DNA of 27,953 bases from Abditibacteriaceae bacterium. GTDB lineage: Bacteria > Armatimonadota > Abditibacteriia > Abditibacteriales > Abditibacteriaceae. The translations under genes and the position numbers were made by a program. How positions within the stretch are numbered: position 1 is the stretch's first letter; every line of letters starts with the position of its first letter. The notes below the pieces were generated by a model. It made no database searches, was not told the origin of the DNA, and saw nothing but the letters and a program-made list of their open reading frames with translations. The stretch spans positions 1 to 27,953 of the forward strand of contig JANMKN010000306.1 of the NCBI GenBank assembly GCA_031372065.1, read 5' to 3'. This document shows, one piece after another, positions 15,451-24,976 of this stretch.

Positions 15451-18400
15451 TTAATTGTATTCAGCTTGCAAAATGGCGCGCTCTTTGTCGTCGGCCAAAA
15501 GATAAGCGATGATGCGCGATGCGCCGATAGCCCTATAGGTAAATGGGTCTTTCGCTTCAGCGTCTGTCGAGGCCAGCATTTCTAAGGCGCGTAGCGGATC
15601 AAGGGGCATCATCGCTCCCACCAAATTCTCATGCGTTCGATTCTGGACAGGGCCTTTTACCTTTGACATAGCACGCTGCGCTTGATACCAATTGGTTTCT
15701 AATAGAAAACGGCTTTTCTCTGGCTCAAGCGAAGCACGCAGAAACGCATACTCGGCTAATTCCGAATAATTACGGAATATACTTTCTGACTCATTGGATG
15801 ACATCTGAAAGCGCAAACTGTTTTCCGATTTCCTCCAAAGATTATCCGACATGGTTTTATCGAATCGAGCGGCTATAACAGCGAGGCGGGACAACGCAAT
15901 GCCGGGCAGAGGGGCCATAACGTTGGAAGGCAAGGTTTGCGCTGCTGCCCGAAGTGCTTCAGACGCCAAACCATTTTCACCTTTCTTTACTGCTTCACGG
16001 GCAATGATGTCTCTCGCTGGCCAATCGAACGAACCTCGTTTTGCTTCGATTTTCAATGCTTCGGCGGGTTGAGAGCGTGCCAGAGCATACAAAACTTTTT
16101 TTTCGCATTCGCTGACTGACGCTAATGTTGTCGGGTCTTTGGGCAGGTCTTTGGATAGGGCTTTTAACTGTTCAATTAGTAATTGTGCCCGCACGAGGTC
16201 ATAAAAAGCAGTGCCTTTAATGGCCCCGCTTAAAGCATTGGCTCGCGCAGCTAATGGCCATTCGTCTGCCAGTAAGCTGAAAACTTCTGAGCCACCCGGC
16301 CCCAACATTTCGCCCCAACGCTGGGCCATGCGATTAATTGTTGCTGCTCCGGCTTGTTCCGCCAAAGACAGCGCCGTTAATGTAAAATTTTTGGCCCGAT
16401 TATCACTCAATGCCCCGGCTAATCCAGCTAATTGAAACCAGCGTGTCGCATTGCGTTCGGTCTCGCCTAAGGCGTCTTTGGTTTTGCTGGAAAAATCCAA
16501 CCAAGTGAGACTTAAGGCCCTTTGATTCTCATCGCCGTATGCAAGCGCCAGAGCTATCGCCCGTTCAGCTTGCCAGCGAGCTTCGCGGTCTGCTTCCTGT
16601 TCGGGAATGCGACTCAACCAATTCGCCCCATTAGCTCTCAACCAAGGCGCATTGCGGCGTCCTACTTCTTGCAAAAAACGGAGTGTATTTTTACCAGAGC
16701 GATTCCAATCCGTGTGTTCGATCTCCATGACGCCGGGTGTCAGCGCACCATCAGCTTGTAAAGCAACAACTCCAATTTTCTCACTACCCAACACTGACCA
16801 AAAACTATCAAGACTCGCCACACCGCCTTTAATCAAACTTTCAAACGCGGCGCGGCGCAGCTTACCATTAATGGTGCCGGGCGGTAGTAAACGCAATTCC
16901 AACCCGCCTGCGCCTGCTTTATCATCAATGATAACCCGCGCAAAGTCGAATCCATGAGCAGCAATCAGTGTTTGTTGAGCGTTTGCAGCGAAAATAGGCA
17001 TTGGCATCGAAAATTTTCCCTCTGCATCCGTTGTCAGAGGTTCATATTTCCGATTTTCCAAAACCATGACTAAGGCTCCGCTTTGTGGATTGCCTTGCGC
17101 ACTTAATACGCGCCCATTTAACCGCGCTGTAAATCTCACAATGCTATCTGTTATCTGTAGTGTATTGATGCCTTGATCGTCGCTTTGGTGTTCGCCAGCT
17201 TTGACAATCGAATATCCTGCACCATTTATCTCTGTCACTTTAACAATTTTTGTTTCTGGTGAGACATCAACCTCAAACCGACCTTCTGCATCTGTGACTG
17301 CAATTTCTTCTTTGATGAGCATTGCATTGTTAAGGTCTCCGGGGCGTGGGCGTCCCACTTTTATTTTTACCGTCACGCCCGCGACAGGAACTTTTGCCTC
17401 GGTAATAACTCGGCCCGTTGTTTTGCGTCTTGTTTGTCTTTGCACTTTCAACGCAAGGAGTGGCGCGTTTTCAGGAGAATCAATTTTAACGACACGGTCT
17501 GGCTGTAATACGAAACCGTCATCAGCCATCGTTAATATTAGCGAACCGGAAACGTTTCGCATTTCAAAAAAACCTTCATGGTTAGTCGGCACCAATCGCC
17601 GCTCTGGATTATCGGAACGCGTGGCAATTAATATTACTGAGCGCGCTGCAACCCCATTTTCATCTATAACGCGGCCTTTTAACACAGGAAGAGGCTGCAA
17701 AGCGATACGCCCAATATCAATCGGCTTGGGCGGTTCGGCCCTCATAGTAGCGGGATCAACTGGAATTTCGTTTTCTTTAGGCTGCGGTTGCTCCGGCCCG
17801 GTCACGGAATGCCACAACGGGGCAAAGTCAGGAGCGGAAAAACGTAAAAGATTTACGTTGGGAGCATAAACGCTCATCACACGCAGAAAAAATCGGCCTG
17901 TAGCATCAGTGACAACGGGCAAATTGAGGCCATACATAACTTTCGCTCGCGTGAGAGGCACACCCGTTTTACCATCTACTAAAGTGCCGCGCATTTCCGT
18001 TCCTGCGACGGCCTGCCAATCAGGAATTTTTATCGTCTCACCTGATTTCAAAGCAGGATAATAGGGTAAGAAAAACCAGTTTGGTGAGTTAGCGAAGGCA
18101 CATAAAACATCAGGCCCCGCAGGTAAATTCGTCAGTGTAAAATTGCCACTCTGATCGGAAATAGCTGGAGGATGAAAAGCATCAGACTCGCTACGCACCA
18201 AGGCACCAGAAACAGGTTTTCCTGCAATATCAAGCAGGCGTCCTTGCAGTGAAGCAATTGGCAAAGCAAGCAAAATCATAGGGATACTCCTAACAGAACG
18301 ATTATTGATTGCAGATGAAGAAGAACCTGAACTGACACTTGAAATAGGCCGATTCGGCAACATTAGTTGGCTTGCCAGAACGGATATAGAATGATACGCG

Positions 18401-18993
18401 AAACGTTCATCATGTAAAGCAATGATGGCATCTGGCAATGCTTCAATAGTCCATGTGCCTTGCTCATCGCTGTGGGTTTCAATAGGTGGCAACGCAGCAG
18501 CCCACAAAGAAAGACTGGCAACTTCAGGAAACCCCTTATCTTCTAAAAGTCCGGCTATGTTTTCAGAAGCCAGAAGCACAGCGGCAACTTTTGCGTTAGG
18601 GACGGCTTTGCCTTGCAGATCATGCACCATCCCACGCGCCAAGCGAGGCGCGCGCAGAATAAATATATTCATTGCAGGACTGGCACCGGCATTAGCAGCC
18701 TCGACAATTACATCTTGAGTGGCAAAACCTGCCGCTTGCACTCGCGCATACGCTTGTGGCAATGCCCCAGGACGATCAGGAAACTGAATAGAAAAAATAC
18801 CAGCGGCATTGGTTTCCACACGCCGCAAAGTGTCTTCATTCTCAGCATAGGAAAGCCCTCCTGCAACGCCAATCCAAACCTGTGCGCCCGAAACGGGCTG
18901 CCCATTAGGCGCGAGAACGATACCTTTGAATGGTTGGGCTTGCGTGGCAGAACACCAAATCCACAACAGGAACAAAAGAACACTTTTTTGCAT
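15451..18993 (-). CDS. Large secreted protein with repeated carboxypeptidase-regulatory-like (prealbumin-fold) domains and helical C-terminal region
   Basis: Signal peptide; repeated G.V....G.PV.GA.V ... TD..G.F motifs; paralog of the upstream gene. Confidence 0.85.
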   Translation of the reverse strand: MQKSVLLFLLWIWCSATQAQPFKGIVLAPNGQPVSGAQVWIGVAGGLSYAENEDTLRRVETNAAGIFSIQFPDRPGALPQAYARVQAAGFATQDVIVEAANAGASPAMNIFILRAPRLARGMVHDLQGKAVPNAKVAAVLLASENIAGLLEDKGFPEVASLSLWAAALPPIETHSDEQGTWTIEALPDAIIALHDERFAYHSISVLASQLMLPNRPISSVSSGSSSSAINNRSVRSIPMILLALPIASLQGRLLDIAGKPVSGALVRSESDAFHPPAISDQSGNFTLTNLPAGPDVLCAFANSPNWFFLPYYPALKSGETIKIPDWQAVAGTEMRGTLVDGKTGVPLTRAKVMYGLNLPVVTDATGRFFLRVMSVYAPNVNLLRFSAPDFAPLWHSVTGPEQPQPKENEIPVDPATMRAEPPKPIDIGRIALQPLPVLKGRVIDENGVAARSVILIATRSDNPERRLVPTNHEGFFEMRNVSGSLILTMADDGFVLQPDRVVKIDSPENAPLLALKVQRQTRRKTTGRVITEAKVPVAGVTVKIKVGRPRPGDLNNAMLIKEEIAVTDAEGRFEVDVSPETKIVKVTEINGAGYSIVKAGEHQSDDQGINTLQITDSIVRFTARLNGRVLSAQGNPQSGALVMVLENRKYEPLTTDAEGKFSMPMPIFAANAQQTLIAAHGFDFARVIIDDKAGAGGLELRLLPPGTINGKLRRAAFESLIKGGVASLDSFWSVLGSEKIGVVALQADGALTPGVMEIEHTDWNRSGKNTLRFLQEVGRRNAPWLRANGANWLSRIPEQEADREARWQAERAIALALAYGDENQRALSLTWLDFSSKTKDALGETERNATRWFQLAGLAGALSDNRAKNFTLTALSLAEQAGAATINRMAQRWGEMLGPGGSEVFSLLADEWPLAARANALSGAIKGTAFYDLVRAQLLIEQLKALSKDLPKDPTTLASVSECEKKVLYALARSQPAEALKIEAKRGSFDWPARDIIAREAVKKGENGLASEALRAAAQTLPSNVMAPLPGIALSRLAVIAARFDKTMSDNLWRKSENSLRFQMSSNESESIFRNYSELAEYAFLRASLEPEKSRFLLETNWYQAQRAMSKVKGPVQNRTHENLVGAMMPLDPLRALEMLASTDAEAKDPFTYRAIGASRIIAYLLADDKERAILQAEYN

Positions 18994-18997
18994 AGGT

Positions 18998-21900
18998 TTA
19001 GTTGTAGTCGGCGTTCAAAAGGGCGCGTTCTTTGTCGTCGGCCAAAAGGTAGGCGATGATGCGATTGCGCGCGTTGCGGCGGCCATTGTCGTCGCTTTCG
19101 GCCATCATTTCCAAAGCGCGTAGAGGATCGAGAGAGATCATGGCGCTAATCAGGTTGTGATGCGACCAACGATTGGCACGCACCTGATCGGTTCCGGTGG
19201 GACGCGCTTCGGGCCATGTTGTTTCCAAACGCAAGCGCGACAAGGCAGGCGTAAACGGCGAACGATAAAAAGCGAATTCGGCCATCTCGCTGTAGTCCCG
19301 ATACGAGTCCGATTGCAGCATTTGCGTCTGGTTTTGCTTAAGGCGTTCTTCTGATTTTGCCCATAGCTTGCCGGCCAATTCTTTGTCGAAACTTTCGGCC
19401 ATAGTTGCAAATCGGGCCATCGTTCCGGCGGGCGACCATTGTTGTTCCAACGCGGGGCGCAGCGTTTGCGCCACCAAATCGAATTTACCAGCGCGCCATG
19501 CACTGCGGGCGATGCTATCGCGCAGGTTCCAGTCGAAACCTTTGTCTTTTTCGATCATCGCCAGTGCCGCTGCGGGATCGGTGGCGGCCAACGCTTTTAC
19601 AATGCGTGTATTAGCCGACTCGCTTGCGACTTGCTGACCACGATTTGCATTTTCGTCGGCGGCGCGGGCCTTTTTGTATTCGGGGTCTTGTTCAAGTTGC
19701 TTCAACGTTTCCAGATAGACTTGCGCTTTTTTCAAGTCCAGCGGCGCGATGCTTTCAATAGCGCCTTCATAAGCCGCGCCACGCTCCTTGGCGGGCCATT
19801 CGGCTTCTAAAGATGACATCAGTTTTGTGCCGCCAATTCCAAGTAACCGGCCCCAATAGCGCGCATTGTCGCTGACGGTTTTTTTTCCGGCGGCATCGGA
19901 GAAAGACAGCGCACTAAGCGTGAAATTATTGGCGCGCGCGTCGTTTAGCGCACCGGCAATGCCGGCCAGCAAAAACCAGCGTGCGGCATTTTTGGTGGGG
20001 TTGTCACGCGTATCGGCCATCTTCGATTCAAAATCAAGCCATTGCTTGGCCGCGCCGCGCTGTTTATCATCGCCAAACGCCAGAGCCGCCGCTAAAGCGC
20101 CTTCGGCTTTGAAGCGTTCGTCGTCGTTTTTATCCGCCGGAACTTTGCCCAGCGCTTCAAAACCGCTGGTGCGCAGCCACGCCGCATCATAAGAAAAACT
20201 ATTGGCAAGCATATTTAAGGCATTTTTTCCGGCCTGATTCCAATCGGCGCCGTTGGTTGTGGTTTCGCCATAAGTCAGCGCGCCATCGGATTGCAAGGCA
20301 AAAGCTAACATTTTATCGCTGCCGACAGCGTTCCAATAAGGAAAAAGCGAATCCACGCCATCTTTGGCCGCCTGTTGGAAAAACTGGCGGCGCATCGGCG
20401 TGATAAAGCGGCCCGGCGGCGCCAATTGCAATTCGATGGTTTCGTTTTTCGCCGCGCCACGCACGAAATCTTTGTCTTGCGCCGCGAAAATCACAGCCGC
20501 GCCTTCGGGCAGTTTTTCCAGCGTAAAATTGCCCTCGCCATCCGTTTGAATCGGCGCAAAGAAGGCCGATTCCGGTGAAGCGACCCACGCGCCCGCAGCG
20601 GGCGCGCCTTTGGCATTCAACACGCGCCCTTTTACCGTGGCATTCAGCAAGGCGACAATCGTGTCGGACACTTTCCAATCGTTGCCTTCTTTTTTGCCGA
20701 TACCACTTTGGCGCATCAAATAGCTTTCGCCTTCGACTTTGCTGATTTTGACTTCTTTGGCCGCGCCGTAAACCTCTAAGGCAAAGCGCCCTTCGGCATC
20801 GGTTTCGCTGCTGGCCTGATCTTGACTTGAAAAGTAAACGGCGCCTGCGGGCGGATCGGGTTTTGTAATTTGCGCAATCACAGTCGCACCGGCAACCGGT
20901 AGCCCGTTGGGGCGCACAATGCGCCCACTGGCTTTTTGCGCCACCAGCTTTTTGGCTTTTAATTCGAGCGGCGCGGTTTTTTCGTCGAGTTTAAATTCGT
21001 AATACGGCCCGGCTTCCAATTCCCATTTCTTGTCTTGAATGGTCAAGGTTATCGAGCCATTCGCCAGACGCATTTCAAAAGCGCCTTTGTCATCGGTCAT
21101 GGCGTTGCCCAACGAAGGCATGAAGTTGCCCGGTTCCTGCTTCACGGTGCCCAGCAAGCCTATATTTTTCACGGGCTGGCCCGCTGCATCCAACAAACGC
21201 CCCTTAATTTTGATGGCCGGTTCAATAGCAAGCTGACCGGCATCGAAAGTGGGGCCATCACCCATTTTGTCGAAGTTCTTCATGAACGGCGCATAATCGG
21301 GATGAACGATTTGCACCATGCCCATTTGCGGCGACACACGCATTTTGAATTGCCCGTTGGCATCGGTTTTGAAGGTGCCGCCAATAACCGAACTCACGCC
21401 TATATCAGCAAGCGGCTTACCGGTTTTCTTGTTGATAACGGTGCCTGTTAATTCGATGCCTTTCGAGGCTTTCCACGCGGGCGCTTCGGTCGTTTTTCCG
21501 GCTTCCAAAGGCTGCGTAATTTGCAGCGGCGCGACAATCCAATCGGGGTCGGATGATATTCCAATTAGAGTAGCCGGGCCGGGCGGCATTCTGTCCATCA
21601 AAAATGAGCCGTCTGCCGCCACTTTGGTAGGCGACCCGAAAATGCCGCTGGCGCCGATGATATAGGCGTCTTTCAGGGGCTTGCCCTCAGTCGTTAAAAG
21701 TGAGCCTTTTAAGGTCGCGCCCGGCTGTGCCACCATCGTGACAAAACCGCTGTCTTCGACGCCCCTGACGCCGCCCATGCCTGCCATGCCAAAAGCGCGG
21801 GCAAAGCGCGGGTCGTTGATAGCCAAAATGGAAGATTTTCCGGTTTCAATGGCCCATTTGCCATCGGCTCCGCTTTTGCCCTCCTGCGGCGTCAAGCTGG

Positions 21901-22402
21901 AAGTCCAGCCCATCAAACTAATGAAGACATTCATGCCGCCGCCCTGCAAATCGCTTTCTATGGCTTGCATACTTCCCGGCGCGAAAACCACTTGCACCGG
22001 CACATCCGGCACCGGCTCGCCTTTGGCATTTTTCACGATGCCGCGCACAGTCGTTGGCAGGCTTAATTTGACACCCTGATCGCCCGGTTTTAAGACGGTG
22101 TCTTCGATGGCGAATTTATCGGCTTGCACGCGCAGAAAAGCAAAATTAGCCGCCGTTTTAGGCACATCTATATCAAAGCTAAAAACGCCTTCAGCGTTGG
22201 TGGACGCCACTTTGATGGTGCCTTCTTTTTCGGAATATTGCGTCAGCCCCAAAGCGCCCGCCCACAGTTTGGCTCCGGCAACAGGCACTCCATCAGGGGA
22301 AACAACCTTCCCGCTAAAAGTCGCGGCGCGGCCCGCGTTACATAACGCGCCACACAAAAAAACCAACAGGCAGAACAGCAACGACAAACGAGAAAACCTC
22401 AT
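18998..22402 (-). CDS. Large secreted protein with repeated carboxypeptidase-regulatory-like domains (paralog of 15451-18993)
   Basis: GGAGG RBS; signal peptide; same domain order and near-identical C-terminus. Confidence 0.88.
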   Translation of the reverse strand: MRFSRLSLLFCLLVFLCGALCNAGRAATFSGKVVSPDGVPVAGAKLWAGALGLTQYSEKEGTIKVASTNAEGVFSFDIDVPKTAANFAFLRVQADKFAIEDTVLKPGDQGVKLSLPTTVRGIVKNAKGEPVPDVPVQVVFAPGSMQAIESDLQGGGMNVFISLMGWTSSLTPQEGKSGADGKWAIETGKSSILAINDPRFARAFGMAGMGGVRGVEDSGFVTMVAQPGATLKGSLLTTEGKPLKDAYIIGASGIFGSPTKVAADGSFLMDRMPPGPATLIGISSDPDWIVAPLQITQPLEAGKTTEAPAWKASKGIELTGTVINKKTGKPLADIGVSSVIGGTFKTDANGQFKMRVSPQMGMVQIVHPDYAPFMKNFDKMGDGPTFDAGQLAIEPAIKIKGRLLDAAGQPVKNIGLLGTVKQEPGNFMPSLGNAMTDDKGAFEMRLANGSITLTIQDKKWELEAGPYYEFKLDEKTAPLELKAKKLVAQKASGRIVRPNGLPVAGATVIAQITKPDPPAGAVYFSSQDQASSETDAEGRFALEVYGAAKEVKISKVEGESYLMRQSGIGKKEGNDWKVSDTIVALLNATVKGRVLNAKGAPAAGAWVASPESAFFAPIQTDGEGNFTLEKLPEGAAVIFAAQDKDFVRGAAKNETIELQLAPPGRFITPMRRQFFQQAAKDGVDSLFPYWNAVGSDKMLAFALQSDGALTYGETTTNGADWNQAGKNALNMLANSFSYDAAWLRTSGFEALGKVPADKNDDERFKAEGALAAALAFGDDKQRGAAKQWLDFESKMADTRDNPTKNAARWFLLAGIAGALNDARANNFTLSALSFSDAAGKKTVSDNARYWGRLLGIGGTKLMSSLEAEWPAKERGAAYEGAIESIAPLDLKKAQVYLETLKQLEQDPEYKKARAADENANRGQQVASESANTRIVKALAATDPAAALAMIEKDKGFDWNLRDSIARSAWRAGKFDLVAQTLRPALEQQWSPAGTMARFATMAESFDKELAGKLWAKSEERLKQNQTQMLQSDSYRDYSEMAEFAFYRSPFTPALSRLRLETTWPEARPTGTDQVRANRWSHHNLISAMISLDPLRALEMMAESDDNGRRNARNRIIAYLLADDKERALLNADYN

Positions 22403-22579
22403 GGAACCTCCGTTGTCTCAAGACCAAACCAATTCGCAAGGGAAAACAAAAACACAGTGTAAAGCAGTTGACGGCTCCGCGCCTTAAGCCCTCCTTTTAG
22501 GAAACTTAGACACGCAAAAGGTTCGCTGCAAGATTCATCTGCAAAACCAAAGGCGCCGGATTTGTCAAAGTGAATCCTG

Positions 22580-22603
22580 CTTGCGCAGTCACTTGCGCAG
22601 TCA
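22580..22603. repeat. Tandem 12-bp direct repeat CTTGCGCAGTCA x2 just before the start of the DUF5722 gene
   Basis: Exact duplication at 22580-22591 and 22592-22603 in the divergent intergenic region. Confidence 0.6.
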
Positions 22604-22609
22604 ATTCTT

Positions 22610-24739
22610 ATGAAAACTAATTTTGTTCGCTTCGCGCTGATGGGTTTGTGCGCCATCCTTCCTTTTATGCCCACTCAGGCTCAAAACATCGCCTTAAAAC
22701 TGATTCCCGCCAACATTCACGACGCCACGCTGCGCGAAGTGGATGGTGGCTACGAAATTCAAACCACGGGCGGCGACCCGTATGTTTTTACGGCGCCGCT
22801 GCAAACTCAAGTCACGCCGCAGCAGCATTATTTGTCGTTTGACTTTTTTAGCGCGACGGGCACCAATATGTTTCAAGTGTTTTTGTTGCCGCCCATCAGC
22901 GAAGCCAACAGCGTAACGGGGCAAGGATTGGCGCATAGCGAAGGCTGGTCGTCGTTTTCAATAGACGTGGACGAAGCGCTCCAAAAAGTTAAAAACCCTC
23001 AACAATTGCGCCTTGATTTTGGCAATCAGGCCGGCAAAACCATTCGCCTGCGCAACTTGCAACTGCGCGTGCCAACAGCGCAGGAAATCGAACTGGCCGC
23101 ACGCCGCGAAGCCGGACGCGAAGCCGAAAAACAACACGAAATTCATCTGCGCGAGTATTTGGCAAAAAAAGATTTCGCCAGAGTAATACGGGTTTCCGTC
23201 GATGAAAGAAATGTAACAATTGAAGGGGACTATCGGAAGTTCTTCATCCCTGTTTACCAGCGGGCACCCATCTACTTGGCTGAAGTGCCCCTCTTTGAAA
23301 ACGTCACCGAGATGAGGCAATTTCCGTGGGTGACACAGCTGAAATTGGACGCACAAAACCGCTTTTCGCAGACAGTTCCTCGAATACGTGTGACCAACGG
23401 CGACACTTATGACCGCCTTTTATCGCGCTGGGCCATCGTGCAAAAAAACGGCGACGCTTTTCAATTGCTCTCGCACGCGCGCTATGCCGACGAGGTGAAA
23501 CCGCGCGCCGATTTGCCCGAAGAAAAACCGCGCAATAAAAAAGGGCTGGGCGGCGTGCATATGGGCTATCCCATCAGCGATTTCGATGATTTGGATATTG
23601 CGAACGCTACGGTCAACATAGTCTTAAACAGCCTGATGTCCAGCACGCCGCGCGCCGATTTTTCGCCAACGCAATTCGCGGGCAAAACCTACTACGTCAA
23701 CGACAAAGCGATGGAAGGCTTCGATAAGATACTGCAAGAAACCGCCAAGCGCAAAATTGTCGTTTCGGCCATTATTCTCATCGGTCAAGCGGGCAACGCG
23801 CCGCAAGGTTCGTTTAGCCAACTTATCGCGCATCCCGACGCCGACCCGTCCGGTATTTTCGCCATGCCCAATGTATCAAGCGAGGACGGCACCGAAGCGT
23901 ATGCGGCAATTTTGAACTATCTCGCCGAGCGTTACAGCCGTCCCGATGGCAAGTTTGGCCGCATTCATCACTGGATAATGCACAACGAAGTCAACGCCGG
24001 TTGGGTGTGGACAAACGCGGGCGAAAAAACGCCGCTGCTTTACATGGATTTGTATCACAAGTCCATGCGCATGGCGCAGCTTATCGCGCGCCAATACGAT
24101 GCGCACGCGCAAGCGTTTATCTCGCTCGAACATCACTGGCTCAGTCCCAATTCGCGCATTTACGCCGGGCGCGAATTAATGGATTGGCTGCTCGATTTTT
24201 CGCACGCCGAAGGCGATTTCGACTGGGCTTTGGCCTTTCATCCCTACCCGCAAAACCTTTTCAAGCCGCGCGTTTGGGAAGACAACGAAGTGAAATTTTC
24301 CTTCGATACGCCCAAAATCACCTTCAAAAACCTCGAAGTTTTAGATGCGTGGATGAAACAGCCGCGCACCCTCTTCAATGGCAGGCCGCGCATCGTGCAT
24401 TTGACCGAGCAAGGCTTAAATTCGATGGATTACAGCGAAAAATCGCTGCAAGACCAAGCGGCGGGCATGGCTTACACATGGCAAAAATTGAAGCATCTCG
24501 ACACCATAAAAGCCTTCGATTATCACAATTGGGTGGACAACAGGGGCGAAGGCGGCCTGCGCATCGGCTTACGTCGCTTTCCCGATGATGCCGATGAACC
24601 TTTGGGCAAAAAACCGATTTGGTTTGTTTTTCAAGCGCTGGATACCGACAATGAAGCCGCCACCATCGCCTTCGCCAAACCGATGGTCGGCGTGCAGAAT
24701 TGGGACGAAGTGTGGCACCGCGCCGCGATTGAGAAATAG
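22610..24739 (+). CDS. Secreted DUF5722-domain protein, putative clan GH-A glycoside hydrolase
   Basis: Signal peptide; KKGLGG, YLAERY, HWIMHNEVN (acid/base NE), AFHPYP, LTEQG (nucleophile-like). Confidence 0.8.
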   Translation: MKTNFVRFALMGLCAILPFMPTQAQNIALKLIPANIHDATLREVDGGYEIQTTGGDPYVFTAPLQTQVTPQQHYLSFDFFSATGTNMFQVFLLPPISEANSVTGQGLAHSEGWSSFSIDVDEALQKVKNPQQLRLDFGNQAGKTIRLRNLQLRVPTAQEIELAARREAGREAEKQHEIHLREYLAKKDFARVIRVSVDERNVTIEGDYRKFFIPVYQRAPIYLAEVPLFENVTEMRQFPWVTQLKLDAQNRFSQTVPRIRVTNGDTYDRLLSRWAIVQKNGDAFQLLSHARYADEVKPRADLPEEKPRNKKGLGGVHMGYPISDFDDLDIANATVNIVLNSLMSSTPRADFSPTQFAGKTYYVNDKAMEGFDKILQETAKRKIVVSAIILIGQAGNAPQGSFSQLIAHPDADPSGIFAMPNVSSEDGTEAYAAILNYLAERYSRPDGKFGRIHHWIMHNEVNAGWVWTNAGEKTPLLYMDLYHKSMRMAQLIARQYDAHAQAFISLEHHWLSPNSRIYAGRELMDWLLDFSHAEGDFDWALAFHPYPQNLFKPRVWEDNEVKFSFDTPKITFKNLEVLDAWMKQPRTLFNGRPRIVHLTEQGLNSMDYSEKSLQDQAAGMAYTWQKLKHLDTIKAFDYHNWVDNRGEGGLRIGLRRFPDDADEPLGKKPIWFVFQALDTDNEAATIAFAKPMVGVQNWDEVWHRAAIEK

Positions 24740-24768
24740 ATGTCAAGCTCCCGACAGCCTTATTGGAT

Positions 24769-24894
24769 GGCTTCGTAGCGCTTAAAGAACACTTCGTAGC
24801 GTTCCAACAAGGCTTCGTAGCGTTCCAACAAGGTTTCGTAGCGTTCCCACATGGTCTCGTAGCGCTTCCGAACGGTTCTGTAGCATTTATGATA
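24769..24894. repeat. Six degenerate 21-bp tandem repeats (core GGYTTCGTAGCG + 9 variable nt)
   Basis: Units start at 24769, 24790, 24811, 24832, 24853, 24874; intergenic. Confidence 0.85.
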
Positions 24895-24976
24895 GGATAT
24901 CAGCGCGCTAAAATACGAATTTACGAACTAAACTGGCTTTCCGGTTCTCTTACATACGCTTCGCAACCAAGATTCT

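Noticed and set aside
24769..24894. CRISPR or TIGR-like guide array
   Set aside because: Units are only 21 bp, the variable parts are related to each other (two are identical), the core degenerates, and no cas or Nop-domain gene is nearby.
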